A stretch of 64,000 bases of DNA from Bacillota bacterium (GTDB taxonomy: Bacteria > Bacillota > Sulfobacillia > JAJZYS01 > JAJYTV01): positions 14,411-78,410 of the forward strand of contig JAJZQO010000003.1 in assembly GCA_021847575.1 (NCBI GenBank), read 5' to 3'. Shown piece by piece: positions 44,446-53,461 of this stretch (position 1 is the first letter of the stretch; the number at the start of each line of letters is the position of its first letter). Under the pieces are notes generated by a model. The model was given only the letters and a program-made list of their open reading frames with translations. It was not told where the DNA came from and did not search any database. The position numbers were made by a program, and so were the translations under genes.

Positions 44446-44474
44446 TTGACGCTGGAGATGGGCCTAGATACAAT
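44446..44474 (+). promoter_or_regulatory. sigma-A promoter of groESL
   Basis: TTGACG (44446-44451), a 17-nt spacer, then TACAAT (44469-44474). Confidence 0.65.
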
Positions 44475-44485
44475 ACATTCCGCTA

Positions 44486-44512
44486 GTAGCACTCACCCTA
44501 AGCGAGTGCCAA
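44486..44512 (+). promoter_or_regulatory. CIRCE element (HrcA operator)
   Basis: GTAGCACTC-N9-GAGTGCCAA compared with the consensus TTAGCACTC-N9-GAGTGCTAA. It lies between the promoter and the groES SD. Confidence 0.85.
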
Positions 44513-44529
44513 CAAGGAGGAGGGATTCT

Positions 44530-44811
44530 GTGCTCAGGCCGCTAGGTGACCGCATTGTGGTCAAGGTTCTCGAGGCAGAGGAGAAGACGGCGGGGGGCAT
44601 CATCCTGCCGGACACGGCCAAGGACAAGCCGCAGGAAGGCGAAGTTGTCGCGGTCGGGTCGGGACGCGTGCTCGAAAACGGCAGTCGCGTGGAGCCTGAG
44701 GTCAAGGTGGGCGACCACGTCATCTTCTCGAAGTACGGTGGAACCGAGGTCAAGGTTGGCGACGTGGAGTACCTGATCGTCCGCGAGCAGGATCTGCTCG
44801 CGATCAAGTAG
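44530..44811 (+). CDS. groES: co-chaperonin GroES
   Basis: GTG start follows AAGGAGGAGGG. Contains [42 protein letters not shown]. Confidence 0.95.
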   Translation: MLRPLGDRIVVKVLEAEEKTAGGIILPDTAKDKPQEGEVVAVGSGRVLENGSRVEPEVKVGDHVIFSKYGGTEVKVGDVEYLIVREQDLLAIK

Positions 44812-44827
44812 GCACGCGAAACTTTAG

Positions 44828-46477
<1,650 letters not shown>

Positions 46478-46497
46478 ACCTCCGGAGGTCTCGTTGG

Positions 46498-46527
46498 GCC
46501 CCCGCCTTGTGCGGGGGCTCACTGTTT
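46498..46527 (+). terminator. intrinsic terminator-like hairpin after groEL
   Basis: GCCCCCGC-cttgt-GCGGGGGC followed by TCACTGTTTGCTG. A smaller palindrome, GACCTCCGGAGGTC, lies just upstream. Confidence 0.55.
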
Positions 46528-46585
46528 GCTGCCTTCGCAGGACGCCCGCTATCATGGGAACGAAAAGCAGCATGTTTAGGAAGGA

Positions 46586-47812
46586 ATGCCTTTGTCTTCG
46601 CCGCGGGGTTTTACCATCCGGGAAGCCTTCGATCGCTTTGTCGCCGGCCTCGAGCCTGTCGAAGCGGAAGATGTCATTCTCGAACAGGCCGTTGGGCGGG
46701 TGTTGGCCGGGCCAGTGCTGGCGGGACGCCTTGTCCCTGACTCGCCGCGTTCCGCTGTGGACGGCTGGGCCGTACGTGCGGCCGACCTGGACAGCGCCTC
46801 GCCTGACCAACCTGTGCGACTGCGCGTGGCTGGTACGGCCCTGGCGGGGCACCCGTCCGACCAAGTCATCGCGAGCGGCGAGACCGTACGCATCACCACG
46901 GGAGGCGTCGTGCCGGAAGGGGCCGACTCCGCCGAATACCAGGAGGTTTGCCGCTTCGAGGGAGAGAGCGTGATTTTCAGCCGGCCCGTCGCGCCAGGCG
47001 CCAACGTCCGCCCAGCGGGTGAGGACATGCGCCCTGGGCAGGAACTGCTGCCGGCGGGTACCCGCGTGCGCCCGGAAGTGGCGGGACTCCTGGCGACCCT
47101 CGCGCAAGTGAAGGTTTCGCTGCGTCGCCGGCCGCGGGTGCGGCTTGTCTCGACGGGCGATGAGATCTTCCCGCTTGGTGTGGCGTTGCCCCCGGGTGGG
47201 ACCTACGATTCGAACAGTCTGCAGATCGCCGCGCAACTGCGGGCATTGGGCGCGGAAGTGCAGCTGCGCGGGCCCATGCAGGACACAGCGGAGGCCATAG
47301 CCGAAGCCTGCATGGGTGACGATTTCGATTTTCTCGTCACGTCCGGCGGGGTGTCGGTCGGCCCTGCCGACCGCATTGGCGAGGTGGGGCGCATGCTCGG
47401 GGCGTCGGTGGTTTTCCACTGGGCCCGAATGCGTCCGGGCGCCCCAACCATGGGGCTGCGGCTGGGCGGCCGGCCGTGGCTCGGCCTGTCAGGCAACCCG
47501 CTTTCCGCCCAGGTCGGCTTCGACCTCTTCGGTCGGGCCGCGATCGCGCACCTGCTCGGTACAAGGAACAGCCTGGCGCGGGTGCAGGCCACTCTCGCGG
47601 AGGAATTTCGCGCCAAGGCCCCCGACGCGCCTCGCTTCCTGCGAGCCAATCTGGAACGCAAGGATGGCATGCTCGAGGCGCGTGTCCATCCGTACCAGTC
47701 CTCCGGTGGTGTGCGCGCCATGGCGCAGACGAATGGCTATGTCCTGCAGCCGGAGGGCGTCGGCACCTTGCCGGCCGGCAGTCTCGCCGAGGCGTTCGTC
47801 ATCCTTTGTTGA
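46586..47812 (+). CDS. moeA: molybdopterin molybdenumtransferase
   Basis: 408 aa. Contains PRSAVDGWAV, the MoCF-binding domain motif LVTSGGVSVG, and a C-terminal MoeA domain. Confidence 0.85.
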   Translation: MPLSSPRGFTIREAFDRFVAGLEPVEAEDVILEQAVGRVLAGPVLAGRLVPDSPRSAVDGWAVRAADLDSASPDQPVRLRVAGTALAGHPSDQVIASGETVRITTGGVVPEGADSAEYQEVCRFEGESVIFSRPVAPGANVRPAGEDMRPGQELLPAGTRVRPEVAGLLATLAQVKVSLRRRPRVRLVSTGDEIFPLGVALPPGGTYDSNSLQIAAQLRALGAEVQLRGPMQDTAEAIAEACMGDDFDFLVTSGGVSVGPADRIGEVGRMLGASVVFHWARMRPGAPTMGLRLGGRPWLGLSGNPLSAQVGFDLFGRAAIAHLLGTRNSLARVQATLAEEFRAKAPDAPRFLRANLERKDGMLEARVHPYQSSGGVRAMAQTNGYVLQPEGVGTLPAGSLAEAFVILC

Positions 47813-47841
47813 ACCGCGGTAGCCGTTTGGGGGTCTGACCG

Positions 47842-48564
47842 TTGACCGATCAACCCATGCCACTCGCTGATCACCTGCGAGAGTTGCGCAACCGGCTGAT
47901 CGTCTATCTCGTCTTCCTGATTCCGGTGGGCGTCTACGCCTTTATCAAGGCTCGTTTGATCGTGCGGTTCCTGCTACTGCCCACGCATGGCGCGGTGCAC
48001 AGCCTCATCGTGCTCAGCCCGACCGAGGGACTGTACACGTTTATCGAACTGGCGATCGCGGCTGCGTTCGTCATCACCTCGCCCGTCCTCATCTACGAAG
48101 CGGCCGCCTTCGTACGACCCGCATTGGCGCCGACTGAACGGCGCCTGGTGGCCGTCTACGCGCCCGTCGTGCTCTTCCTCTTCCTGCTCGGCATCGCGTT
48201 CGGCTACTTCGTCTTCTTGCCGGTTGTCCTGCACTTTGTCCTGCAGTTCGCCACAGCGCCCTTCCAGGCATTCATCAGCCTCGGCAAGTACATTGGCTTC
48301 ATCGTTAACCTGACACTGCCGTTCGGGTTGATCTTCGAGCTTCCGGTCCTGGTCTACGCGCTGGCCCGTGCGGGAGTCCTGAAACCCGCTTTCCTGCGCA
48401 AGCAGCGGCGCATCGCCATCCTGGTCATCTTCGTCGTGGCGGCTGCGGTGACACCGCCGGACGCATTTTCGATGCTGGTCATGGTCGCGCCGATGCTGGT
48501 GCTTTACGAGGTGTCGATCCTGGTGGCAGATCTCGCCGTTCGCAGACACCCGCCTATGGTATAA
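47842..48564 (+). CDS. tatC: twin-arginine translocase TatC
   Basis: Contains PLADHLRELRNRL, six TM segments, and PPD near the C-terminus. Confidence 0.9.
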   Translation: MTDQPMPLADHLRELRNRLIVYLVFLIPVGVYAFIKARLIVRFLLLPTHGAVHSLIVLSPTEGLYTFIELAIAAAFVITSPVLIYEAAAFVRPALAPTERRLVAVYAPVVLFLFLLGIAFGYFVFLPVVLHFVLQFATAPFQAFISLGKYIGFIVNLTLPFGLIFELPVLVYALARAGVLKPAFLRKQRRIAILVIFVVAAAVTPPDAFSMLVMVAPMLVLYEVSILVADLAVRRHPPMV

Positions 48565-48571
48565 TGCGCGC

Positions 48572-48667
48572 GGGAACAGACGGCCTGCTGGTGCAGCCCC
48601 TGGACTTCAAATCCAGCCGGCGGGCTTTACGGTCCGCGGTGGGTTCGATTCCCACCTGCTCCCGCCA
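48572..48667 (+). tRNA. selC: tRNA-Sec (anticodon UCA)
   Basis: 96 nt. The anticodon arm CUGGA-CUUCAAA-UCCAG is identical to that of E. coli selC. The acceptor stem has 8 bp (GGGAACAG/CUGCUCCC, with one A.C mismatch) and the T stem has 5 bp (GUGGG/CCCAC, loop UUCGAUU). There is a long variable arm (GCGGGC...GGUCCGC), a G discriminator base and an encoded CCA. Confidence 0.85.
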
Positions 48668-48744
48668 AACTCGTTTGTGCATGCGGGCGGCGTCGGCTGC
48701 CCGCACATTACGCTCCTGGCCGTGCTGGGAGGAAGATCTTCGCA

Positions 48745-49371
48745 ATGGAGGATCCGGTGCGCCATTCTGTCTGGCGTCTCTTGCGCCAGTATTTCCTGAC
48801 AGGGCTGTTTGCGTTGCTGCCTCTGGCTGTAACCCTTTACATTGCGTACCGCATCTTCACGATGTTCGATGCGCTCGGCCAGATGCTCCACGTGAACGTC
48901 CCGGGCTTCGGGCTACTCGTTACACTGGTGCTCATCACACTGTTCGGCCTGCTCGTCTCGAACTTCCTTGGCCAGCAGTTAGTGACGTTCTACGAGTGGG
49001 TGTTCGCGCGCGTGCCGGTGCTGCGCACGGTGTACGACGCCGTGAAGCAACTGGTGACCACCTTTACCGACCATAGCGACGGAACGTTCCAGAGCGTCGT
49101 GCAGGTGCCCTATGGCGGCGGCGGCGGCCGTTCCTTCGGCTTCGTGGTGCGCGATACCACCGAGGATGGCAAGGTTGCCGTTTTTGTGCCGTTTTCGCCG
49201 CCTACCGGTGGCCTTCTGGTGCTCTATCTGCCCGAGGACGTGGAACACGTGGATCTGACCGTGGAGGAAGCCATGAAGATCGTTCTGTCCGGCGGCACCG
49301 TCCTGGCGAACGGCAATGGCGGGTTGCGGTCCAAGGTGGGGCATGAGGACAAGGAGAGTGGCGTCGAGTGA
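48745..49371 (+). CDS. DUF502 family membrane protein
   Basis: Contains RQYFLTGLFALLPLAVTLYI and ARVPVLRTVYDAVKQL. The SD is GGGAGGAAG. Confidence 0.75.
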   Translation: MEDPVRHSVWRLLRQYFLTGLFALLPLAVTLYIAYRIFTMFDALGQMLHVNVPGFGLLVTLVLITLFGLLVSNFLGQQLVTFYEWVFARVPVLRTVYDAVKQLVTTFTDHSDGTFQSVVQVPYGGGGGRSFGFVVRDTTEDGKVAVFVPFSPPTGGLLVLYLPEDVEHVDLTVEEAMKIVLSGGTVLANGNGGLRSKVGHEDKESGVE

Positions 49372-50429
49372 TCACGCGAGAGCAGGTCTTGGGTCGCCTG
49401 GCTTCCGTGATGGACCCGGAGATACACAAGCCGATCACGGAGCTCGGCATGGTGGAATCGGTAGAGGTTAACGGCGGCCAGGTGCAATGCGGCATCAAGC
49501 TGACGGTCGCAGGCTGTCCTCTCAGCTCCCGCATCGAGCAGGACGTCCGGGCCGCCGTGGCCGCATTGCCCGGCGTCGAGAGCGTGAGCGTGCGTCTTGA
49601 CGTCATGACGCCGCAGGAGCGCGAGGATCTGGCGAACCGGCTGAGGCCCCGCCACGTCTCGACCATCACCCAGAAGGACTCCAAGGTCCGGGTCCTGATC
49701 TGCGGGTCTGGCAAGGGCGGCGTCGGCAAGTCCACGGTCACCGTGAACTTGGCGGCGGCACTGCAAAGCATGGGTCGCGCGGTTGGCGTGCTTGACGCCG
49801 ACGTCTACGGCTTTTCGGTCTCTCGCATGCTCGCTGCGCGCCAGCAGCCCGTCGTGTTGGGCGACGGGGTGATCGTGCCCGTCGACGTGCACGATCTCAG
49901 GGTCATCTCGATGGGGATGCTCGTGGACGAGAACACGCCAGTGATGTGGCGCGGCCCGATGCTGCACAAGCTTGTCGACCAGTTTTTGAACGAGGTTGCC
50001 TGGGGTGAGCTCGAATACCTGATCATCGATGCGCCGCCGGGCACCGGCGACGTGGCCATCTCGCTTGCGCAAGAGTTGCCGAAGGCCAGGGTGCTCCTGG
50101 TCACCACGCCGCAGGAGGCTGCTGCGCGGGTGGCCGGAAGAGTTGCGCAGATGGCGGGCAAAGTTGGGCAGGAAGTCGTCGGCGTCGTTGAGAACATGGC
50201 CTACTTCCGCTGCCCGAACTGCGGCGAGGCGCACGAGATCTTCGGGCGCGGCGGTGCGCAACGCCTCGCGCGGGAACTGCATGTCCCGCTGCTCGGCCAG
50301 GTGCCGATCGATCCCGCTCTGCCGTCCGGCGGCGACCTCGGCGAACCGATCGTCTGGAGCCGACCCGAGACTGAGACCTCGCGCGTCTTCTTCGGGATTG
50401 CAAAGGCGGTGGAGCAGGCAGGCTGGTAG
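49368..50429 (+). CDS. Mrp/NBP35 (ApbC) Fe-S cluster carrier ATPase with N-terminal DUF59 domain
   Basis: DUF59 segment: VMDPEIHKPITELGMV. Deviant Walker A: SGKGGVGKST. Also contains the CPNCG motif. Confidence 0.9.
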   Translation: MITREQVLGRLASVMDPEIHKPITELGMVESVEVNGGQVQCGIKLTVAGCPLSSRIEQDVRAAVAALPGVESVSVRLDVMTPQEREDLANRLRPRHVSTITQKDSKVRVLICGSGKGGVGKSTVTVNLAAALQSMGRAVGVLDADVYGFSVSRMLAARQQPVVLGDGVIVPVDVHDLRVISMGMLVDENTPVMWRGPMLHKLVDQFLNEVAWGELEYLIIDAPPGTGDVAISLAQELPKARVLLVTTPQEAAARVAGRVAQMAGKVGQEVVGVVENMAYFRCPNCGEAHEIFGRGGAQRLARELHVPLLGQVPIDPALPSGGDLGEPIVWSRPETETSRVFFGIAKAVEQAGW

Positions 50430-50613
50430 GCAGATCCCTCAGGGGGGGTCGAGCGAACCCCCGGTCCCTGAAACTATGAGAAGGTCATGCGACCCCGAGG
50501 TCCTGGGCAAACTGCCGTAAAAATGCATAACATCCGAGATGCACAGGGCGACATCAGACGTGATCGGATGGACGGGTGAAACGGTCCATCCGGACCAACT
50601 GCGGTCAGGTGGT

Positions 50614-50642
50614 TTGACTGGGTCTAGGCCACCAGATAGAAT
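50614..50642 (+). promoter_or_regulatory. putative sigma-A promoter of the Rieske/cytochrome b operon
   Basis: TTGACT (50614-50619), a 17-nt spacer, then TAGAAT (50637-50642), about 55 nt upstream of ATG 50698. Confidence 0.5.
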
Positions 50643-50697
50643 TGGGTGCGTATTTTGGACGGGGCCTCATGGTGTACTAATTGGGGGGAACCGAGGC

Positions 50698-51222
50698 ATG
50701 CGGTGCCGGATCTGCGGACACGAGACAGGCAACGACACAGATCTCTGCGAGGAGTGCGTCGAGCGCGCCTCCGACAGAAAGGAGATCAGCCGCCGGCGTT
50801 TCCTCGGTTGGGGAGCCGTCGCGGTAGGTGGACTTGTAGGCGTCAGCTACCTTGGTTCCGCGCTGCGGATGCTCTATCCTTCGTCGACCGGCGCGGGCAA
50901 GCTGCAGGACATCGGCGCGGTGAGCAATTTTCCTGTCGGCAATTATATCTTGACCTCATACACGGGCGACGGCTACGACGACGGCGTCTATGTGATGAAC
51001 CAGGGGGGCGGCAAGTTCATCGCCCTCGACTTCCACTGCACCCATCTTCAGTGCCCTGTGCAGTGGTTCCCGGCCCCGCTCGAGAAGTTCATGTGTCCGT
51101 GCCATGGATCGCAGTACAACAAGCTGGGCGAGCACATAGCCGGACCGGCCCCGCGTGGCCTCTTCCACCATGAGATCGCGGTGCAGAACGGACGCGTGAT
51201 GCTTGGAGGTCAGATCTCGTGA
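50698..51222 (+). CDS. qcrA: Rieske [2Fe-2S] subunit of a menaquinol:cytochrome c reductase-type complex, with extra N-terminal 4-Cys motif
   Basis: Rieske boxes CTHLQC and CPCHGS. Tat motif SRRRFLGWG. The N-terminus reads MRCRICGHETGNDTDLCEEC. Confidence 0.85.
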   Translation: MRCRICGHETGNDTDLCEECVERASDRKEISRRRFLGWGAVAVGGLVGVSYLGSALRMLYPSSTGAGKLQDIGAVSNFPVGNYILTSYTGDGYDDGVYVMNQGGGKFIALDFHCTHLQCPVQWFPAPLEKFMCPCHGSQYNKLGEHIAGPAPRGLFHHEIAVQNGRVMLGGQIS

Positions 51223-52619
51223 GCGCGGAGAAGCGGCCCCGCCAAACATTCATGGACTGGCTGGACGAGCGAGTCGGCATCAAGCCGCAGCTCAATGAGC
51301 TCCTTTATCACCGTGTCCCGCGTGCTGTGAACCCGCTCGACTTCCTTGGCCTTGCCACGCTCTTCGTCTTCATCAACCAGGCGGTCACCGGAACGCTCCT
51401 GGCGATGTTCTATCAGGCCTCGTCCGCGACGGCATACCAGAGTATCCAGTACATCATGACCAAGGTGCCCCTTGGCTGGGTGATCCGGGACCTGCACTAC
51501 TGGGGCGCCAACGCCATGGTGGTGCTCGTCGCGGCGCACATGCTCCGCGGGTTCTATGTCGGCGCATACAAGAAGCCGCGCGAGATTACCTGGGTCACGG
51601 GTGTCGTGCTGCTCTTCATCACGATCCTGTTCGCGTTCACGGGCTACCTGCTGCCGTGGGACCAGCAGTCCTACTGGGCGACCATGGTCGGCACGTGGAT
51701 GCCATTCTACACCCCGTTCATCGGTCTCTACATCGCGTACCTCGCGCGCGGCGGCGCATACATCTCTGGACTGACCCTGACCCGCTTCTACGCGTTGCAC
51801 ATGCTGGTTCTGCCGGCGCTTCTGCTCGTCTTCTTCGGCATTCACTTCGCCATGGTGCTGAAGAACCAGATGCTCATCGTGGAAGAGGCCGAGCGCAAGC
51901 CGAAGGGCACCAAGGGTCTTGTGACCTTCTATCCCTACACCGTCTTCCAAATGACGATGCTGATCGTCGTGGTGGCGGCCATCCTGCTCTTCCTGGCGCT
52001 GTCCTTCCATGCGCCACTCCTGGCCCCGGCGGATCCGCTCAACAAGGCTCACTACACGCCTGTGCCGCTCTGGTTCTTCTACTCGATCTACCAGATGCTC
52101 AAGTACATCCCGCCTTCGCTCGACCCACTCGGGATCATCGGCGTGCCGCTCGTTGCGGTGATCGTGCTTGTCGGCCTGCCGTTTTTCGACAAGAACCCGC
52201 GGCGTGAACCGCGTCGGCGCCCGCTTGCGATGAGCCTGGCGGGAGTGGTTGTCGTCGCCGTCCTCGGCCTCACCTACCTCGGTGCCGTGCAACAGGGCGT
52301 GAGCACTGGGGGCGCAACGCCGTCGACGTCGTCGGTGGTCGCGAAGCCGTCGTTCAGCGCCGATATCGAGCCGATCTTCCAGCAGCACTGTGCCACCTGC
52401 CATGGACCGTCCACGAAATCGGGTGGTTTGGACTTGACGTCGTACGCCAGCATTGCGAGCATGAAGGTTGCGACACCCACGAACTACAAGCAGGCCTTGC
52501 TGTGGCAAAAGCTCACTGGCGCGGCCCAGCCGCGGATGCCGCTCGGTGGACCATATCTGCCGAAGTCGACGGTCCAGACGATCGCCAACTGGATCGCGGA
52601 AGGGGCTCCCAACAATTGA
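51219..52619 (+). CDS. cytochrome b6-like / subunit IV-like / c-type cytochrome (PSCyt1-like) fusion protein
   Basis: Bis-His pairs occur in two helices (LHYWGANAMVVLVAAHM and LHMLVLPALLLVFFGIH). A subunit IV-like region follows (PLWFFYSIYQMLKYIP). The C-terminal ~95 aa carry CATCHG plus GGLDL...MPLGG...IANWIAEGAP. Confidence 0.85.
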   Translation: MSAEKRPRQTFMDWLDERVGIKPQLNELLYHRVPRAVNPLDFLGLATLFVFINQAVTGTLLAMFYQASSATAYQSIQYIMTKVPLGWVIRDLHYWGANAMVVLVAAHMLRGFYVGAYKKPREITWVTGVVLLFITILFAFTGYLLPWDQQSYWATMVGTWMPFYTPFIGLYIAYLARGGAYISGLTLTRFYALHMLVLPALLLVFFGIHFAMVLKNQMLIVEEAERKPKGTKGLVTFYPYTVFQMTMLIVVVAAILLFLALSFHAPLLAPADPLNKAHYTPVPLWFFYSIYQMLKYIPPSLDPLGIIGVPLVAVIVLVGLPFFDKNPRREPRRRPLAMSLAGVVVVAVLGLTYLGAVQQGVSTGGATPSTSSVVAKPSFSADIEPIFQQHCATCHGPSTKSGGLDLTSYASIASMKVATPTNYKQALLWQKLTGAAQPRMPLGGPYLPKSTVQTIANWIAEGAPNN

Positions 52620-52948
52620 TCGATTCCGATCAAGAAGAACCGTCTGAACACGCCGGGCACGAATGGCACCTCCACAGTGGCGTGGTGCGTCGCGACAAGT
52701 TGGATCTGCAGCAGCGCCTGAACCGCATCGAGGGGCAGGTTCGCGGCATCCGGCGGATGGTCGACGAGGACCGCTACTGTCCGGAAGTGCTGACGCAGAT
52801 TGCGGCTGTGCGCGCGGCCCTCGATCGTGTCGGTCTGATCCTCCTCGAGGATCACACGCGAGGCTGCATCGTCGACTCGGTTCAGGCGGGTCACCCGGAT
52901 GAGGCGATGACGGAACTCATGGGCATCCTCCGGAAGTTCCTGCCGTGA
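52616..52948 (+). CDS. csoR: CsoR/RcnR-family metal-sensing repressor
   Basis: Contains LNRIEGQVRGIRRMVDEDRYCPEVLTQIAAVRAALDRVGLILLEDHTRGC (C-H-C ligand pattern). The TTG start overlaps the cytochrome b stop (TTGA). The start remains uncertain. Confidence 0.75.
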   Translation: MIDSDQEEPSEHAGHEWHLHSGVVRRDKLDLQQRLNRIEGQVRGIRRMVDEDRYCPEVLTQIAAVRAALDRVGLILLEDHTRGCIVDSVQAGHPDEAMTELMGILRKFLP

Positions 52949-52954
52949 TCCGTC

Positions 52955-52982
52955 GGGCCTGCGCCGCATGCGGCGCAGGCCC
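52955..52982 (+). terminator. perfect 28-nt palindrome/hairpin between csoR and ccmE
   Basis: GGGCCTGCGCCG-catg-CGGCGCAGGCCC followed by TT. It may act as an attenuator or partial terminator. Confidence 0.35.
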
Positions 52983-53032
52983 TTGGGAATCCTGGGGCGC
53001 GTGTGGCCCTCTGCTCGAAAGGGGAGGTACCG

Positions 53033-53461
53033 ATGCGGCGCAAGACACGCCTTTGGATCGCGGCGGCCGTCGTCGTCGTCGCGCTTGCCTTCCTTATGGT
53101 AAACGGCCTGCGGCACTTCACGGAGTACTATCTGACGGTGCCGCAGTTGACTGCCCAGCGTGCCATTGTGGGAGGCTCCGAGGTAAGGGTCTCGGGTACC
53201 GTGGAGGGGAAGACGGTGGTCTACGATCCCCAGCGGCGCTTTCTAAGTTTCGTGCTGCGCGGCGGCGGCCAGACGATCAAGGTGGTCTATCGTGGCGTGG
53301 AGCCGGACACGTTCGGCGCGCCCAACGTGCAGGCGATCGCGGACGGGCACCTGCAGGTCGACGGGACGTTTCTCGCGCAGAATCTTCTCATGAAGTGCCC
53401 TTCACACTATCAGCCTGCAACGCCGACCCAGGCAGGCGCCAGTCATGGCAAGCAGGGCTAG
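53033..53461 (+). CDS. ccmE: cytochrome c maturation heme chaperone CcmE, CxxxY variant
   Basis: ATG follows AAGGGGAGG. It has an N-terminal TM anchor and an OB-fold core. The heme-binding site reads LLMKCPSHY where canonical CcmE has LAKHDENY. Confidence 0.85.
   Translation: MRRKTRLWIAAAVVVVALAFLMVNGLRHFTEYYLTVPQLTAQRAIVGGSEVRVSGTVEGKTVVYDPQRRFLSFVLRGGGQTIKVVYRGVEPDTFGAPNVQAIADGHLQVDGTFLAQNLLMKCPSHYQPATPTQAGASHGKQG

Noticed and set aside
46478-46585. Moco riboswitch upstream of moeA.
   Set aside because: The spacer is only about 108 nt and is largely taken up by the groEL terminator hairpins. The conserved Moco-motif elements were not recognisable.
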